Below are positions 1 through 9,499 of a stretch of 64,000 nucleotides of DNA, one piece after another. The DNA lies in assembly GCA_963748015.1 (NCBI GenBank), contig CAVVHE010000009.1, forward strand, positions 416,001 through 480,000, given 5' to 3'. Source of the stretch: Terriglobia bacterium (lineage in GTDB: Bacteria > Acidobacteriota > Polarisedimenticolia > Polarisedimenticolales > JAIQFR01). How positions within the stretch are numbered: the first letter of the stretch is position 1; the number at the start of each line of letters is the position of its first letter. The notes beneath the pieces were generated by a model, which was not told the origin of the DNA, made no database searches, and was given only the letters and a program-made list of their open reading frames with translations. Made by a program: the position numbers and the translations under genes.

Positions 1-1
1 C

Positions 2-808
2 GCCGTCGCGGGCGTGGGCTACATGGGGTCCGACGCGCTGAACCGCCGCCAGACCCTCGACACCAACGCGCGCCTCTACTCGGAGCTGATGAGTCGCAGG
101 GAGGAGTCCGAGAGCAGCCTTCGCAAGGACATGTTCGTCTCGATCATCCAGAACTTCCTCACGCCGAAGGAGGGGGACCTGGACTCGAAGGTGCTGAACC
201 TCGAGCTGCTCGCGTACAACTTCCACGAGTCGCTCAACCTGAAGCCGCTGTTCCTCGACATCTCGAGGCGCATCCAGAGACTTCCCGCGAAGGACCGGGT
301 CGAGTACCTCGACCGCGTGAACCGCGTCGCGAAGGAGATCACCGCCAAGCAGCTGTTCGCCCTCGAGGGGCACGGGAAGAGCTTTCGCCGGTCCGTGGAC
401 CTCGACGCGGTCCGGAGCACGCCGGGGGGCGTCGCGCTCGACGGCGAGTCCATCCGTCTCGGCAGCAAGGGCTGCGACGTGAGCATGCGCGCGCTGAAGT
501 CCGACCCGGACGGGCAGCAGATCACGGTGAGGCTCGAGGTCAGAGCGCCCGAAGGCTCGCCCGAGCAGGCCGACACGCGGGCGACCTTCAACGTCGGCTG
601 GTTCGACTTCCCGATGATCGACAACACGCGCCTCGCGAACGGCCTGCGCTGCGCCGTCACCCTCAGCGCGTTCTCCCCCTCGATCGCGGACGTCACCACC
701 GTGTGCTTCCCGGGCGAGTACGCCAGCCTCAAGGACCGCCCGTATTACGACGAGGTGATCCAGAAGCTGCAGGAGGCGGCGCGGGAAACGCCGGCCGGGA
801 AGCCCTGA
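2..808 (+). CDS. Hypothetical protein, 5'-truncated by the window edge
   Basis: Frame open from position 2 with GC3-biased codons; protein-like composition; no recognisable family motif. Confidence 0.7.
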   Translation, partial: AVAGVGYMGSDALNRRQTLDTNARLYSELMSRREESESSLRKDMFVSIIQNFLTPKEGDLDSKVLNLELLAYNFHESLNLKPLFLDISRRIQRLPAKDRVEYLDRVNRVAKEITAKQLFALEGHGKSFRRSVDLDAVRSTPGGVALDGESIRLGSKGCDVSMRALKSDPDGQQITVRLEVRAPEGSPEQADTRATFNVGWFDFPMIDNTRLANGLRCAVTLSAFSPSIADVTTVCFPGEYASLKDRPYYDEVIQKLQEAARETPAGKP

Positions 809-836
809 CCGTCCCACGGCCGGGAGGAGCGACGGC

Positions 837-2183
837 ATGACCCGGAAACGGGAACGGCCGCGCGGTCGCCGCCGGCTCGCCGCGATCGCGGTCTTCGTCC
901 TCGCGGCGCTCACCTTCGCCTGTCGCTCCGACATCGTCGTCCGCGTCTTCACCCGAGTCTACGAGGACGGCAGCGTCTCGCGGCGCGTCGAGATCACGGG
1001 GCGCCGGGCCGACGAGTCGAAGCCCGCGGAGAAGGACTGGCTGGAGAAGGAGGCTGGAATCCGCCTCGCCCGTCCCGAGGCCTGGGCGCGGCACGAGGCG
1101 AGCACCGGGCGCCTCTACGCCGAGGGGACGTTCCCCTCGGCGGCGGACGTTCCATCCTCGCTCGCGTTCCAGACCGACGCGGGGCTGGTGCCGGACGGAG
1201 CGCAGCCTGCTCTCGCGGTCGAGAGCCTCGTGATCCTCAAGCGCTGGGTCTACACCGAGACCTACGCCGACCCCTTCGGCGCGTCCGCCGTCGGGTCCGC
1301 GCTCGACCGCCTGGCGGGAATCGTCGCGGAGGCGCTCGCCGACGAGCTGCACCGGCAGATGGGGGAGAAGCTGGACACCGCGCCGGCCGAGCGGTTCGTG
1401 AAGACCGAGGCGCGCGCGCTCGCGGGCGAGCTGCTCGACGCGCGGGGGAAGAACCCCGGCGACGCGCGGGCCGCGGCGCGCGAGGCCGCGTACGCGAAGG
1501 TCCTCGCGAAGCACGGCCTTGCCGTGGCGCCGGCCGGCGAGAAGAAGTTCTGGGACGCGCAGCAGGCCGGCCTGATCGAGTGGTCGCGCCGCCGGGTCGC
1601 GGAAGCGCTGTCCCGTCCCGACGCGCCCGTGTCCCCCGCGGCCCTCGCGTTCTGGCCCACGGAGGACAGCTGGGAGGAACGAGCGAAGGAGGTCCTGGAG
1701 CGGGTCTTCGGGTCCGACGAGGCGCTCGAAGATTCGTTGACGCCGTCGATTCGCGCGCTCTCGGGGTACTACGGCGATTCGGGATCGCCGCGCTTCCGCT
1801 TCGAGGCGGCGCTCGAGATGCCCGGGCGCCTCCTGGCGACCAACGGCACCCCCGGCCGCGAGGGCATGACCTGGTTCCTGCGCGACGAGGACCTGGGCAC
1901 CGCCGGCCGCACGCTCGAGGCCGAGTCGGTCGCGCTGGACGACGAGAAGCTCCGCGCCCTCGGCGCGCGCCGCGAGTTCGAGCCCGCGCAGCTCCTAGAG
2001 CTCACCGACATCCTCGCGCGCCGCGATCCCGACGGCGCCCTCCGCCGGGCCCTGACGGCCGCGGTGGAGAAGGGGCGGCTCTCGATGCTGCGCGAGAAGG
2101 ACGCCGTGCCCGGCGTGCCGGAGCTGCTCGTCCGCGAGTTGGCGGACCTCCTCGACCCCGCCGTGCCCCTGTCCGCGCGCTAA
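837..2183 (+). CDS. Hypothetical putative lipoprotein
   Basis: GGAGGAG RBS; basic N-terminus, hydrophobic stretch and lipobox-like LTFAC. Confidence 0.7.
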   Translation: MTRKRERPRGRRRLAAIAVFVLAALTFACRSDIVVRVFTRVYEDGSVSRRVEITGRRADESKPAEKDWLEKEAGIRLARPEAWARHEASTGRLYAEGTFPSAADVPSSLAFQTDAGLVPDGAQPALAVESLVILKRWVYTETYADPFGASAVGSALDRLAGIVAEALADELHRQMGEKLDTAPAERFVKTEARALAGELLDARGKNPGDARAAAREAAYAKVLAKHGLAVAPAGEKKFWDAQQAGLIEWSRRRVAEALSRPDAPVSPAALAFWPTEDSWEERAKEVLERVFGSDEALEDSLTPSIRALSGYYGDSGSPRFRFEAALEMPGRLLATNGTPGREGMTWFLRDEDLGTAGRTLEAESVALDDEKLRALGARREFEPAQLLELTDILARRDPDGALRRALTAAVEKGRLSMLREKDAVPGVPELLVRELADLLDPAVPLSAR

Positions 2184-2191
2184 CCCCGATG

Positions 2192-2262
2192 GACGACCGA
2201 GGCGGGAGTGTCCGCAGACAGCCCTTTTTCGGGCTGGCGCGGACACTCCCGCTTCGGTCGTC
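2192..2262. repeat. Nested-hairpin palindromic repeat, copy A (REP-like)
   Basis: 24-bp outer stem GACGACCGAGGCGGGAGTGTCCGC/GCGGACACTCCCGCTTCGGTCGTC (one G-T), inner CAGCCC-TTTTTC-GGGCTG preceded by GCAG-A. Confidence 0.8.
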
Positions 2263-2342
2263 TGGCCAGCTTGACGCGAAGGGCCTGTTTGTGCTCTTCT
2301 CGAATCCCCATCCCACAGGCCTTTCTCCAGGGAGGACGCGTT

Positions 2343-3551
2343 ATGCGGCGACGCGGATTCGACACGAAGGCGATCCACGAAGGACACCGGAAATTCCATC
2401 CCGACTCGACCCTGGTCCCGATCTACCAAAGCGTCGCCTACCCCTACGAGGACGCCCGTGAGGCCGCGGAGATCTTCAGGGGCGAGAAGCCCGGCTACAC
2501 CTACGGCCGCTGGGACAACCCGACCGTCGAGGCGTTCGAGAAGCGGATGGCCGCGCTCGAGGGGGCCGAGGCCGCGATCGCTGCCGCGTCCGGCATGTCC
2601 GCGATCTTCCTGCTGACGCACCAGCTCGTGAAGGCCGGGGACGACGTGGTGTCGTCCAACCGGGTTTACGGCGGCACGTTCGGCCTGTTCGACGTCGGCC
2701 TGCCGCGGATGGGGGCATCGGTCAGCTGGGTCACGAGCCCCGAGTCCATCGAGGCGTGGGAGGCGGCGATCACGCCGCGGACCCGCTTCCTGTTCGTCGA
2801 GAGCCCGAGCAACCCCGGGCTCTTCATCGGCGACATCCGCAAGCTCGCTCAACTCGCGCACTCCCGGGGCATCCCGCTCGTCGTGGACAACACGATCTGC
2901 ACGCCGGCCCTGCAGCGCCCGATCGAGATGGGCGCCGACGTCGTCGTCCACTCGACCACCAAGTACATCTGCGGCAACGCTTCGGCGCTCGGCGGCATCG
3001 TCGTCGGCTCGAAGCAGCTGATCGAGGACGGGATCCGGAAAGGACCGATCCGCTATCTCGGCCCCGCGATGTCCCCGTTCAACGCGTGGCTCAATCTCCT
3101 GTCGCTCGAGCACCTCTCGCTCCGCATGCAGCGCCACTGCGAGAACGCGCAGGCGCTCGCGGAGTGGCTCGAGAAACACCCGCAGGTCGTCTCGGTGAAC
3201 TACCCGGGGCTCCCCTCGAATCCGTACCATCCCATGGTCGCGCCGCAGATGAAGGGGTGCAGCTCGCTGATGTCCTTCGTGATCCAGGGCGACTACGACG
3301 ACGCGGTCACGGTGATCGACTCGCTCGAGCTGTGGACGCACGCGACGCACCTCGGCACCTGCAAGACGATCGTCACGCACCCGGCCTCGACGACGCACTC
3401 CGCGATGGGGCCCGAGGAGCTGAAGAAGGCGGGGATCCCGGCGACGATGATCCGCGTGTCGGTCGGTCTCGAGGACGCGGCCGACATCATCGAGGACATC
3501 GAGCAGGCGCTGGCCCGGATCGGCGCCAAGTCGACCGCCGGCAAGCGCTGA
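2343..3551 (+). CDS. PLP-dependent Cys/Met metabolism enzyme (methionine gamma-lyase / homoserine-ester sulfhydrylase / cystathionine gamma-synthase family)
   Basis: PIYQS, YGRWDNPT, ESPSNP, VDNT, HSTTKY (PLP Lys), HPASTTH, IRVSVGLE motifs; GGAGG RBS before ATG 2343. Confidence 0.93.
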   Translation: MRRRGFDTKAIHEGHRKFHPDSTLVPIYQSVAYPYEDAREAAEIFRGEKPGYTYGRWDNPTVEAFEKRMAALEGAEAAIAAASGMSAIFLLTHQLVKAGDDVVSSNRVYGGTFGLFDVGLPRMGASVSWVTSPESIEAWEAAITPRTRFLFVESPSNPGLFIGDIRKLAQLAHSRGIPLVVDNTICTPALQRPIEMGADVVVHSTTKYICGNASALGGIVVGSKQLIEDGIRKGPIRYLGPAMSPFNAWLNLLSLEHLSLRMQRHCENAQALAEWLEKHPQVVSVNYPGLPSNPYHPMVAPQMKGCSSLMSFVIQGDYDDAVTVIDSLELWTHATHLGTCKTIVTHPASTTHSAMGPEELKKAGIPATMIRVSVGLEDAADIIEDIEQALARIGAKSTAGKR

Positions 3552-3606
3552 GCCGGTTTCGCGGGTAGCCGGCAGCGTCCGCGCGAAGCTGGGCTATCCT
3601 TCGCCC

Positions 3607-5556
3607 ATGCAGCCGCTCGTCCGCCACCGCGGCCGGGCCGTGGCGTTGGCCCTCCTCGCCGCGGCCGTGCTCCTCGCCTTCTGGCCGGTGCTGCACCACG
3701 ACTTCAACGAGTACGACGACACGAAGTACGTCACGCGGAACGGCCGCATCAAGGACGGGATCACGCCCGACAGCCTGCGCTGGGCCTTCACCTCGTTCCA
3801 CGCCTCCAACTGGCATCCGCTGACCTGGATCTCCCACATGCTCGACTGGCGGCTGTACGGCGCCTCCGCCGGAGGGCACCACGCCACCAGCCTCCTCCTC
3901 CACCTCCTCAACACGTGGCTGCTGTTCCTGGTCCTCGACGCCGCGACGGGGAGGACGGGACGCAGCGCGGCGGTGGCCGCCCTCTTCGCGGTGCACCCCC
4001 TCCACGTGGAGTCGGTGGCGTGGATCGCGGAGCGCAAGGACGTGCTGAGCACCCTCTTCTGGCTGCTCGCGACGCTGGCCTACGTGCGGCACGTCCGGTC
4101 TCGGGGGACGGGGAAATCCGTCGCGGTCGCGGCGCTCTTCGCCCTCGGCCTGATGGCCAAGCCGATGCTCGTCACGCTGCCGTTCGCGCTCCTGCTCCTC
4201 GACGCGTGGCCGCTCGGGCGGTTCGGCGGGCGGCGCGCGGGCGGCGTCTTTGGGCGCATTCCGGCCGGGCTTCTCTCCGAGAAGATCCCGCTGTTCCTCC
4301 TCGCGGGAGCGTCCTGCGTGGTCACGTTCCTCGCCCAGCGCGGCACGATCGGCTCCGTCGAGCGTTATCCCGTGCCGGTCCGCCTCGCGAACGCGGTGGT
4401 GTCCTACGCCGCCTACCTGGTCAAGACCGTCTGGCCCACCGACCTCGCGGTGTTCTACCCGCACCGTGGGCTCGTGCCGGCGTGGCAGCTCGCGGCCTCC
4501 GCCGCCGCGCTCGCGATCGTGACCGTCGCGGCGTTCCGCCTGAGGCGCGGGCGGCCGTACCTGCTCGTGGGCTGGCTCTGGTACCTGGGCACGCTCGTCC
4601 CGGTGATCGGCCTCGTCCAGGTCGGGAAGCAGTCGATGGCGGACCGGTACACGTACGTGCCGCTCATCGGCATCTTCGTGATCGCGGTCTGGGGGGCGGC
4701 CGATGCGATCGGCGCGCTCGCTCGCTCCCGCGACGGAGCGCGGGGCCCGGCGGCGGCCGGTGGACCGGATCCTTTCTGGCTGCTCGTCCCCGCCGTCGCG
4801 GTCGTCCTGCCGCTGATGGCGGCCACCCGCGCCCAGCTCCTGCACTGGCGGGACCCCGTGACGCTCTTCGAGCGGGCGGTCGCGGTGGCCGAGAGCGACG
4901 TCGCGCACGCGAACCTCGGCGAGGCGCTGCTGAACCTCGATAGGAACGTCGAGGCGGAGGTCCAGTTCCGGGCGGCGCTTCGCATCGATCCTTACGTCGC
5001 CGAGGCGCACAACGGCCTCGGGCTGATCCTCGAGGGAAGCGGGCGGCTCGACGAGGCCCGGCAGCACTACGAGGAGGCCGTGCGAATCCGGCCGAGCTAC
5101 GCGATCGCGCAGCGGAACCTCGGTCGCCTCCTCGCCGCGATGGGGCGGACGGACGAGGCGATCGCTCACGACGAGGCCGCCCTGGCACTCGATCCGAGCG
5201 ACAGCCGGACGCACGAGAGCCTGGGTGCCGCGCTGGCCTCGAAGGGCAAGCTGGAGGACGCGGTCGCGCACTACGAGGCGGCGCTCCGGGGCGACCCCAA
5301 CTCCCCGGAGACCCACAACAACCTCGGGAGCGCGCTCTCGCGCCTGAACCGCGGGGACGAAGCGTTCCGTCACTTCCGCGAGGCGATTCGACTCCGTCCC
5401 GAATACGCGATCGCCCACTACAACCTGGCGACCGAGCTGTACTTCATGGGGAGATTCGGCGAGGCATGGGACGAGGTGCGCGCGGCGAGGCGCCTCGGGT
5501 TCGTCCCTCCGCAGCGTTTCGTCGACCTGCTCTCCTCGAAGCTGCCGGAGCCCTAG
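3607..5556 (+). CDS. TMTC-like membrane glycosyltransferase (GT-C fold) with C-terminal TPR repeats
   Basis: YDD..YV, WHPLTWISH, HPLHVESVAWIAERKDVL, ADRYTY motifs; TPR repeats (AHNGLG, THNNLG). Confidence 0.88.
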   Translation: MQPLVRHRGRAVALALLAAAVLLAFWPVLHHDFNEYDDTKYVTRNGRIKDGITPDSLRWAFTSFHASNWHPLTWISHMLDWRLYGASAGGHHATSLLLHLLNTWLLFLVLDAATGRTGRSAAVAALFAVHPLHVESVAWIAERKDVLSTLFWLLATLAYVRHVRSRGTGKSVAVAALFALGLMAKPMLVTLPFALLLLDAWPLGRFGGRRAGGVFGRIPAGLLSEKIPLFLLAGASCVVTFLAQRGTIGSVERYPVPVRLANAVVSYAAYLVKTVWPTDLAVFYPHRGLVPAWQLAASAAALAIVTVAAFRLRRGRPYLLVGWLWYLGTLVPVIGLVQVGKQSMADRYTYVPLIGIFVIAVWGAADAIGALARSRDGARGPAAAGGPDPFWLLVPAVAVVLPLMAATRAQLLHWRDPVTLFERAVAVAESDVAHANLGEALLNLDRNVEAEVQFRAALRIDPYVAEAHNGLGLILEGSGRLDEARQHYEEAVRIRPSYAIAQRNLGRLLAAMGRTDEAIAHDEAALALDPSDSRTHESLGAALASKGKLEDAVAHYEAALRGDPNSPETHNNLGSALSRLNRGDEAFRHFREAIRLRPEYAIAHYNLATELYFMGRFGEAWDEVRAARRLGFVPPQRFVDLLSSKLPEP

Positions 5557-5569
5557 GGAGCGCGCACGC

Positions 5570-7348
5570 ATGCGCCTGACCGTCCTGGACTTCGTCGTGA
5601 TCGCCGCCTACTTCGCGGCCAACCTCGCCGTGGGCCTCTACCTGCGCCGCCGCGCGACGCGGAGCGTGGACGACTTCTTCCTGTCCGGGCGGACGGCGAC
5701 GTGGTGGCTGGCGGGGACGTCCATGGTCGCGACGACGTTCGCCGCCGACACGCCGCTCGTCGTCGCCGGCCTCGTCGCGCGGAACGGCATCGCGGGGAAC
5801 TGGATCTGGTGGAGCCTCGTCGCGAGCGGGATCCTGACCGTCTTCTTCTACGCGAAGCTCTGGCGGCGCGCCGGCGTCGTGACCGACGTGGAGTTCGCGG
5901 AGATCCGCTACGCGGGACGCCCGGCGTCGTTCCTCCGCGGGTTCAGGGCGGCGTACCTGGGGCTGCCGGTCAACCTCATCATCATGGGGTGGGTCAACCT
6001 CGCGGTGGTGAAGATCCTGCAGGAGACGCTCGGCGTGAGCAAAGCCGAGGGGCTCGCGATCACGATGGGGATCATGCTCCTCACCGCGGCGGTCGCGTCC
6101 CTCTCCGGCCTCTGGGGCGTGCTCTGGACCGACTTCTTCCAGTTCTTCCTGATGATGGGGATGGTGATCCTGCTGGCCGTGTTCGCGGTGGCGCGCTCCG
6201 GCGGGACGGCGGCGCTGGTGGAGCAGGTGCGAGCCGTGGACGCGGCGTCCGGGGGCTCGGGGTCGCTCCTCTCGTTCGTGCCCGACCTGCACTCGGCGAC
6301 GCTCCCGCTGATCACGTTCCTCGCCTACGTGGCCGTCAACTGGTGGGCGTCGTGGTATCCCGGCGCAGAGCCGGGCGGGGGAGGCTACATCGCCCAGCGG
6401 ATCTTCTGCGCCAAGGACGAGAAGCACTCGGTCCTCGCCACGCTCTGGTTCAACGTCGCGCACTACGCGATCCGCCCGTGGCCGTGGATCCTCGTCGGCC
6501 TGGTCGCCGCGGTCCGCTACCGGCACGACCCGTCGTTCGCCGCCGATCCCGAGCTCGGGTACATCCGCGTGCTGATGTCCGATCTCCCCGCGTCGCTGCG
6601 CGGCCTGATGCTCGCCGGCTTCGCCGCCGCGTACATGTCCACGATCTCGACGCAGCTCAACTGGGGGGCGAGCTACCTGGTGAACGACCTCTACCGCCGC
6701 TTCGTCGCGCGCGACCGCGAGAAGGGGCACTACGTGCGCGTCTCGCAGGGCGTGACGATGGCGCTGATGGCCCTCTCCGGGGTCGTGACGTTCTACATGG
6801 ACTCGATCTCCGAGGCGTGGAAGCTGCTGATGGCGATCGGCGCCGGGACCGGGCTGGTGTTCATCCTCCGCTGGTTCTGGTGGCGGATCAACGCGTGGAG
6901 CGAGATCTCCGCGATGGCGGCCGCGTTCGCCGTCTCGATGGCGCTCTCCTACGGCGTCGGGCTCGACCAGGCCGACCCCGAGCAGTTCGCCTGGCTTCTC
7001 TTCCTGACCACCGCCGCCACCACGGCGGTGTGGCTCGCGGTCACGTTCTCGACGCCGCCCGAGCCGCGCGAGACGCTGCTGGCCTTCTACCGCCGCGTCC
7101 GCCCCAACCCGCGCTTCTGGGGGCCGATCGCCCGCGAGGCCGCGGACACGCCGGGCGACCGCGACGGCCTGTTCAGCCTCGCGAACTGGGCGGGCGGCGT
7201 CGTGCTGATCTACGCGGCGCTGTTCGGCGTCGGGAATCTCGTGCTGGGCCAGGCGGGAACGGGCCTGGCGATCCTGGCCTTGGCCCTCGCCGCGGCCGCG
7301 TTCCTCTTCTGGAACCTCGGCCGCCACGGCTGGGCGACGTTGGACTAG
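5570..7348 (+). CDS. Sodium:solute symporter (SSS family)
   Basis: DFFLSGR, SMVATTFAADTP, WTDFFQ, AAYMST motifs; many TM helices. Confidence 0.92.
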   Translation: MRLTVLDFVVIAAYFAANLAVGLYLRRRATRSVDDFFLSGRTATWWLAGTSMVATTFAADTPLVVAGLVARNGIAGNWIWWSLVASGILTVFFYAKLWRRAGVVTDVEFAEIRYAGRPASFLRGFRAAYLGLPVNLIIMGWVNLAVVKILQETLGVSKAEGLAITMGIMLLTAAVASLSGLWGVLWTDFFQFFLMMGMVILLAVFAVARSGGTAALVEQVRAVDAASGGSGSLLSFVPDLHSATLPLITFLAYVAVNWWASWYPGAEPGGGGYIAQRIFCAKDEKHSVLATLWFNVAHYAIRPWPWILVGLVAAVRYRHDPSFAADPELGYIRVLMSDLPASLRGLMLAGFAAAYMSTISTQLNWGASYLVNDLYRRFVARDREKGHYVRVSQGVTMALMALSGVVTFYMDSISEAWKLLMAIGAGTGLVFILRWFWWRINAWSEISAMAAAFAVSMALSYGVGLDQADPEQFAWLLFLTTAATTAVWLAVTFSTPPEPRETLLAFYRRVRPNPRFWGPIAREAADTPGDRDGLFSLANWAGGVVLIYAALFGVGNLVLGQAGTGLAILALALAAAAFLFWNLGRHGWATLD

Positions 7349-7369
7349 AAGCGCGTCGGCGATCGGGCG

Positions 7370-8044
7370 CTACGCGCCGAACGCCGCGGATCCCGGGCCT
7401 GCTCTCCCCCGCGCCAGTTGCGCTTCGTCGCCGACGGCGATCTCCCCGCCCTCGATGACGAAGCAGTTGAGCGCCAGCTTGCCCTCGAAGCGCGCGTAGA
7501 TGCCGCGGGTGATTTCCTTGTCCTGCGCGAGGGTGTCGGGATCGAATGAAGTCATGATGCAGCGCAGGCGCAGATCCTGGACGCCGATGAGCACCTTGCC
7601 GATCCTGAGGCAGGCACCCGGCCAATCGCGCTCGGCCAGCCCCACGACGCCGCCGACGACGAGGTTGGGCCGCAAGCGGCGATGGTCGTGGCCGAAGGCC
7701 GCGATCGCGCCGTCGGTGGCGACCAGCAGGGGCAGCACGTCGAACCGCTCCGCGCCGTCGTAGCGCACCAGCTTCGCCCCCCTCCCGGCGATGTCCGTCA
7801 CGTCGGATGCGACCTCCGGGCCGTCCCAGGGCCTGCCGTCCACCAGGACCTCGCCACGCGCGCCCAGCGAGCCCTTGTGTCCCAGAAAGCGGGGGTGCGA
7901 GCGCGAGGTGACTACCCGGCCATTCGCGTCCTCGACATGCACTACCCGGTCGCCTTCGATTCCGAGAGGACCGATCTTCGCCCGCTGTACCTTCTCTCCG
8001 GCCATCGTCTTGACCGGATAACGCCAGATCTCCGTGACCGTCAT
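7370..8044 (-). CDS. MOSC domain protein
   Basis: IWRYPVKTMAGE, RRLRPNLVV, RC.MT..DPDT, G.IAVGD; GAGG RBS. Confidence 0.88.
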   Translation of the reverse strand: MTVTEIWRYPVKTMAGEKVQRAKIGPLGIEGDRVVHVEDANGRVVTSRSHPRFLGHKGSLGARGEVLVDGRPWDGPEVASDVTDIAGRGAKLVRYDGAERFDVLPLLVATDGAIAAFGHDHRRLRPNLVVGGVVGLAERDWPGACLRIGKVLIGVQDLRLRCIMTSFDPDTLAQDKEITRGIYARFEGKLALNCFVIEGGEIAVGDEAQLARGRAGPGSAAFGA

Positions 8045-8057
8045 CGCCACCTCTCCG

Positions 8058-8490
8058 TTACGAATCGCCGTCCGCTGCATGCTGTCGCCGGGGAGCCGCC
8101 GGCAAGACGATCTCGCAGAACACGCTCGAGTCGTCGACGTTGGTGATCACGGCTCCCACGGACAACCGGGTCGAGAGTAGTCGAAAGGCCTCCCGACCGA
8201 ACGTGCCGGACCGGAACCCGTCCTTGCAGACCACGGTTCCGTCCACCGTCTGATCGTAGTCGATCTCACCCACCAACCCGGCGGCGGCCTGGCATTCGAA
8301 CCACCGGAGGCGCTCCGACCAGAACCCATCGGCGTATGTCGAGAACATCGCTCTCCCGCCGGGCCGAAGGACTCGAATCGCTTCACGCACGAGCTCCTCC
8401 GGATTCACCGCGAACGCACAGATCCCGTTTTGGATGCAGACGACCACGTCGAACACCTGGTCGGCAAACGCGAGCGCCGATGCTTCCACT
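8058..8490 (-). pseudogene. C-terminal fragment of a class I SAM-dependent methyltransferase
   Basis: A..LAFADQVFDVVVC...EAIRVLRPGG present; N-terminal GxGxG motif and a credible start are absent, replaced by the adjacent small ORF. Confidence 0.65.
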
Positions 8491-8761
8491 ACTTGGAATC
8501 CGACGCCCGCCTGCGCGCGAGGATCCGTATCAGGAGTTCCTCGATCTCCTGCCGAGCTGGGTCGGTCAGGTCGAGCCACTCGTGTCCACAGGCCCGACAT
8601 CGCCAGTCAGGCATGTTCGGGGCGATGAAGCACCCACCAGTTACGGCAATGCCGCGTTCGATCATCGCCCGCGCTTCGGCCGCGGGGTGACCATGGAATA
8701 CGCGAACAAACGTCGCGTCTCCGCACCGAGGACATCGTTCAGGTGTTCGCAACTTGAGCAT
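8489..8761 (-). CDS. Small zinc-ribbon-type protein (cassette-like)
   Basis: CPRCG ... GGC ... W.CRACGHEW; starts just downstream of the attC-like site. Confidence 0.7.
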   Translation of the reverse strand: MLKLRTPERCPRCGDATFVRVFHGHPAAEARAMIERGIAVTGGCFIAPNMPDWRCRACGHEWLDLTDPARQEIEELLIRILARRRASDSK

Positions 8762-8766
8762 GGTCG

Positions 8767-9138
8767 TTAACGTCCGTCGAACGATCCGGCATCAGCCGCG
8801 GCCGCGAAGCAGCCGCCGACTGCATTGTTAGCCGGCTTCGGGGTACAGACGGGGTACATAGTCACGCGCCCACGCGATCCGTAGTGCGCGAGCCCCTGCG
8901 GCCACACGCAGAAGCCATCGCTCAAGTCGCTATCACCGAGCGCGCTGTCGGCGACCCCACAGCGGAAACGGCAGTAGGACCACCCCATCCAACTGGCAAA
9001 TCGCGCACCGGACTTGAGATACGAGGCGATTCCCTCGCGCGTCTCGCGTGAGTAGCCGGCGCCCTGCAGGAGTGCAGGGTGCGGAAAGGGCGACTCGTCG
9101 CTCGACTGCCAGTATCCGACGGCGATGAGGTCAGCCAT
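8767..9138 (-). pseudogene. Cassette-borne hypothetical protein, apparently 3'-truncated and reading through the attC
   Basis: MADLIAVGYW...GWSYCRFRCG...WPQGLAHY followed by non-protein-like tail; lower GC; bounded by GTTAGCCGG and CCGGCTAAC. Confidence 0.55.
8776..8833 (-). mobile_element. Degenerate integron attC-like site
   Basis: Minus strand GGCTAAC-aatgcagtcggcggctgcttcgcggccgcggctgatgccggatc-GTTCGAC: inverse core, ATGCAG/CTGAT L-box pair, core-like end. Confidence 0.7.
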
Positions 9139-9151
9139 TGGTGACACCCGT

Positions 9152-9200
9152 CCGGCTAACTCATAATCGACTGAACTTCGTTACCGGGCAAACGAGTTCA
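9152..9200 (-). mobile_element. attI-like or degraded att site heading the cassette array
   Basis: Core GTTAGCCGG (9160->9152) 13 nt before the cassette ATG, AT-richer upstream, imperfect IR CTGAACTTCG...CGAGTTCAG at 9171-9200. Confidence 0.5.
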
Positions 9201-9499
9201 GGATTGGTGGTAACACCTCATGATCGCCCCACCCTGCCGCCTTATCCCCCAACGGCCATGGTCGGGTGCTACCCCGTCCCCGGCCGCGTCGGTTCCTTCC
9301 GCTCTTCTACGCCCAGCGGATGGGGATTGCAATGTGGACCAGGGGCGCGGGCGGGGCGGATGCACCGCGAGACGCGGTCAAGGCGGTTGGGCCGGGGGCG
9401 CCGCGCCGGCCTCCGCCTCGGACCGGAGCGGTGTGCCGCGAAGGGCGGGTTTCATTGCGAGGCATCTACTCGGCATACTAGGGGGTGCGGGAGGACGGG

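Noticed and set aside
2184..2342. SAM riboswitch upstream of the Cys/Met enzyme
   Set aside because: No SAM-I core (AUC.AGAG...GCAACC) or other recognisable aptamer; the structure present belongs to the dispersed hairpin family
9220..9480. Integron integrase next to the att-like site
   Set aside because: No tyrosine-recombinase motifs in any frame; ORFs here are GC-rich shadow frames
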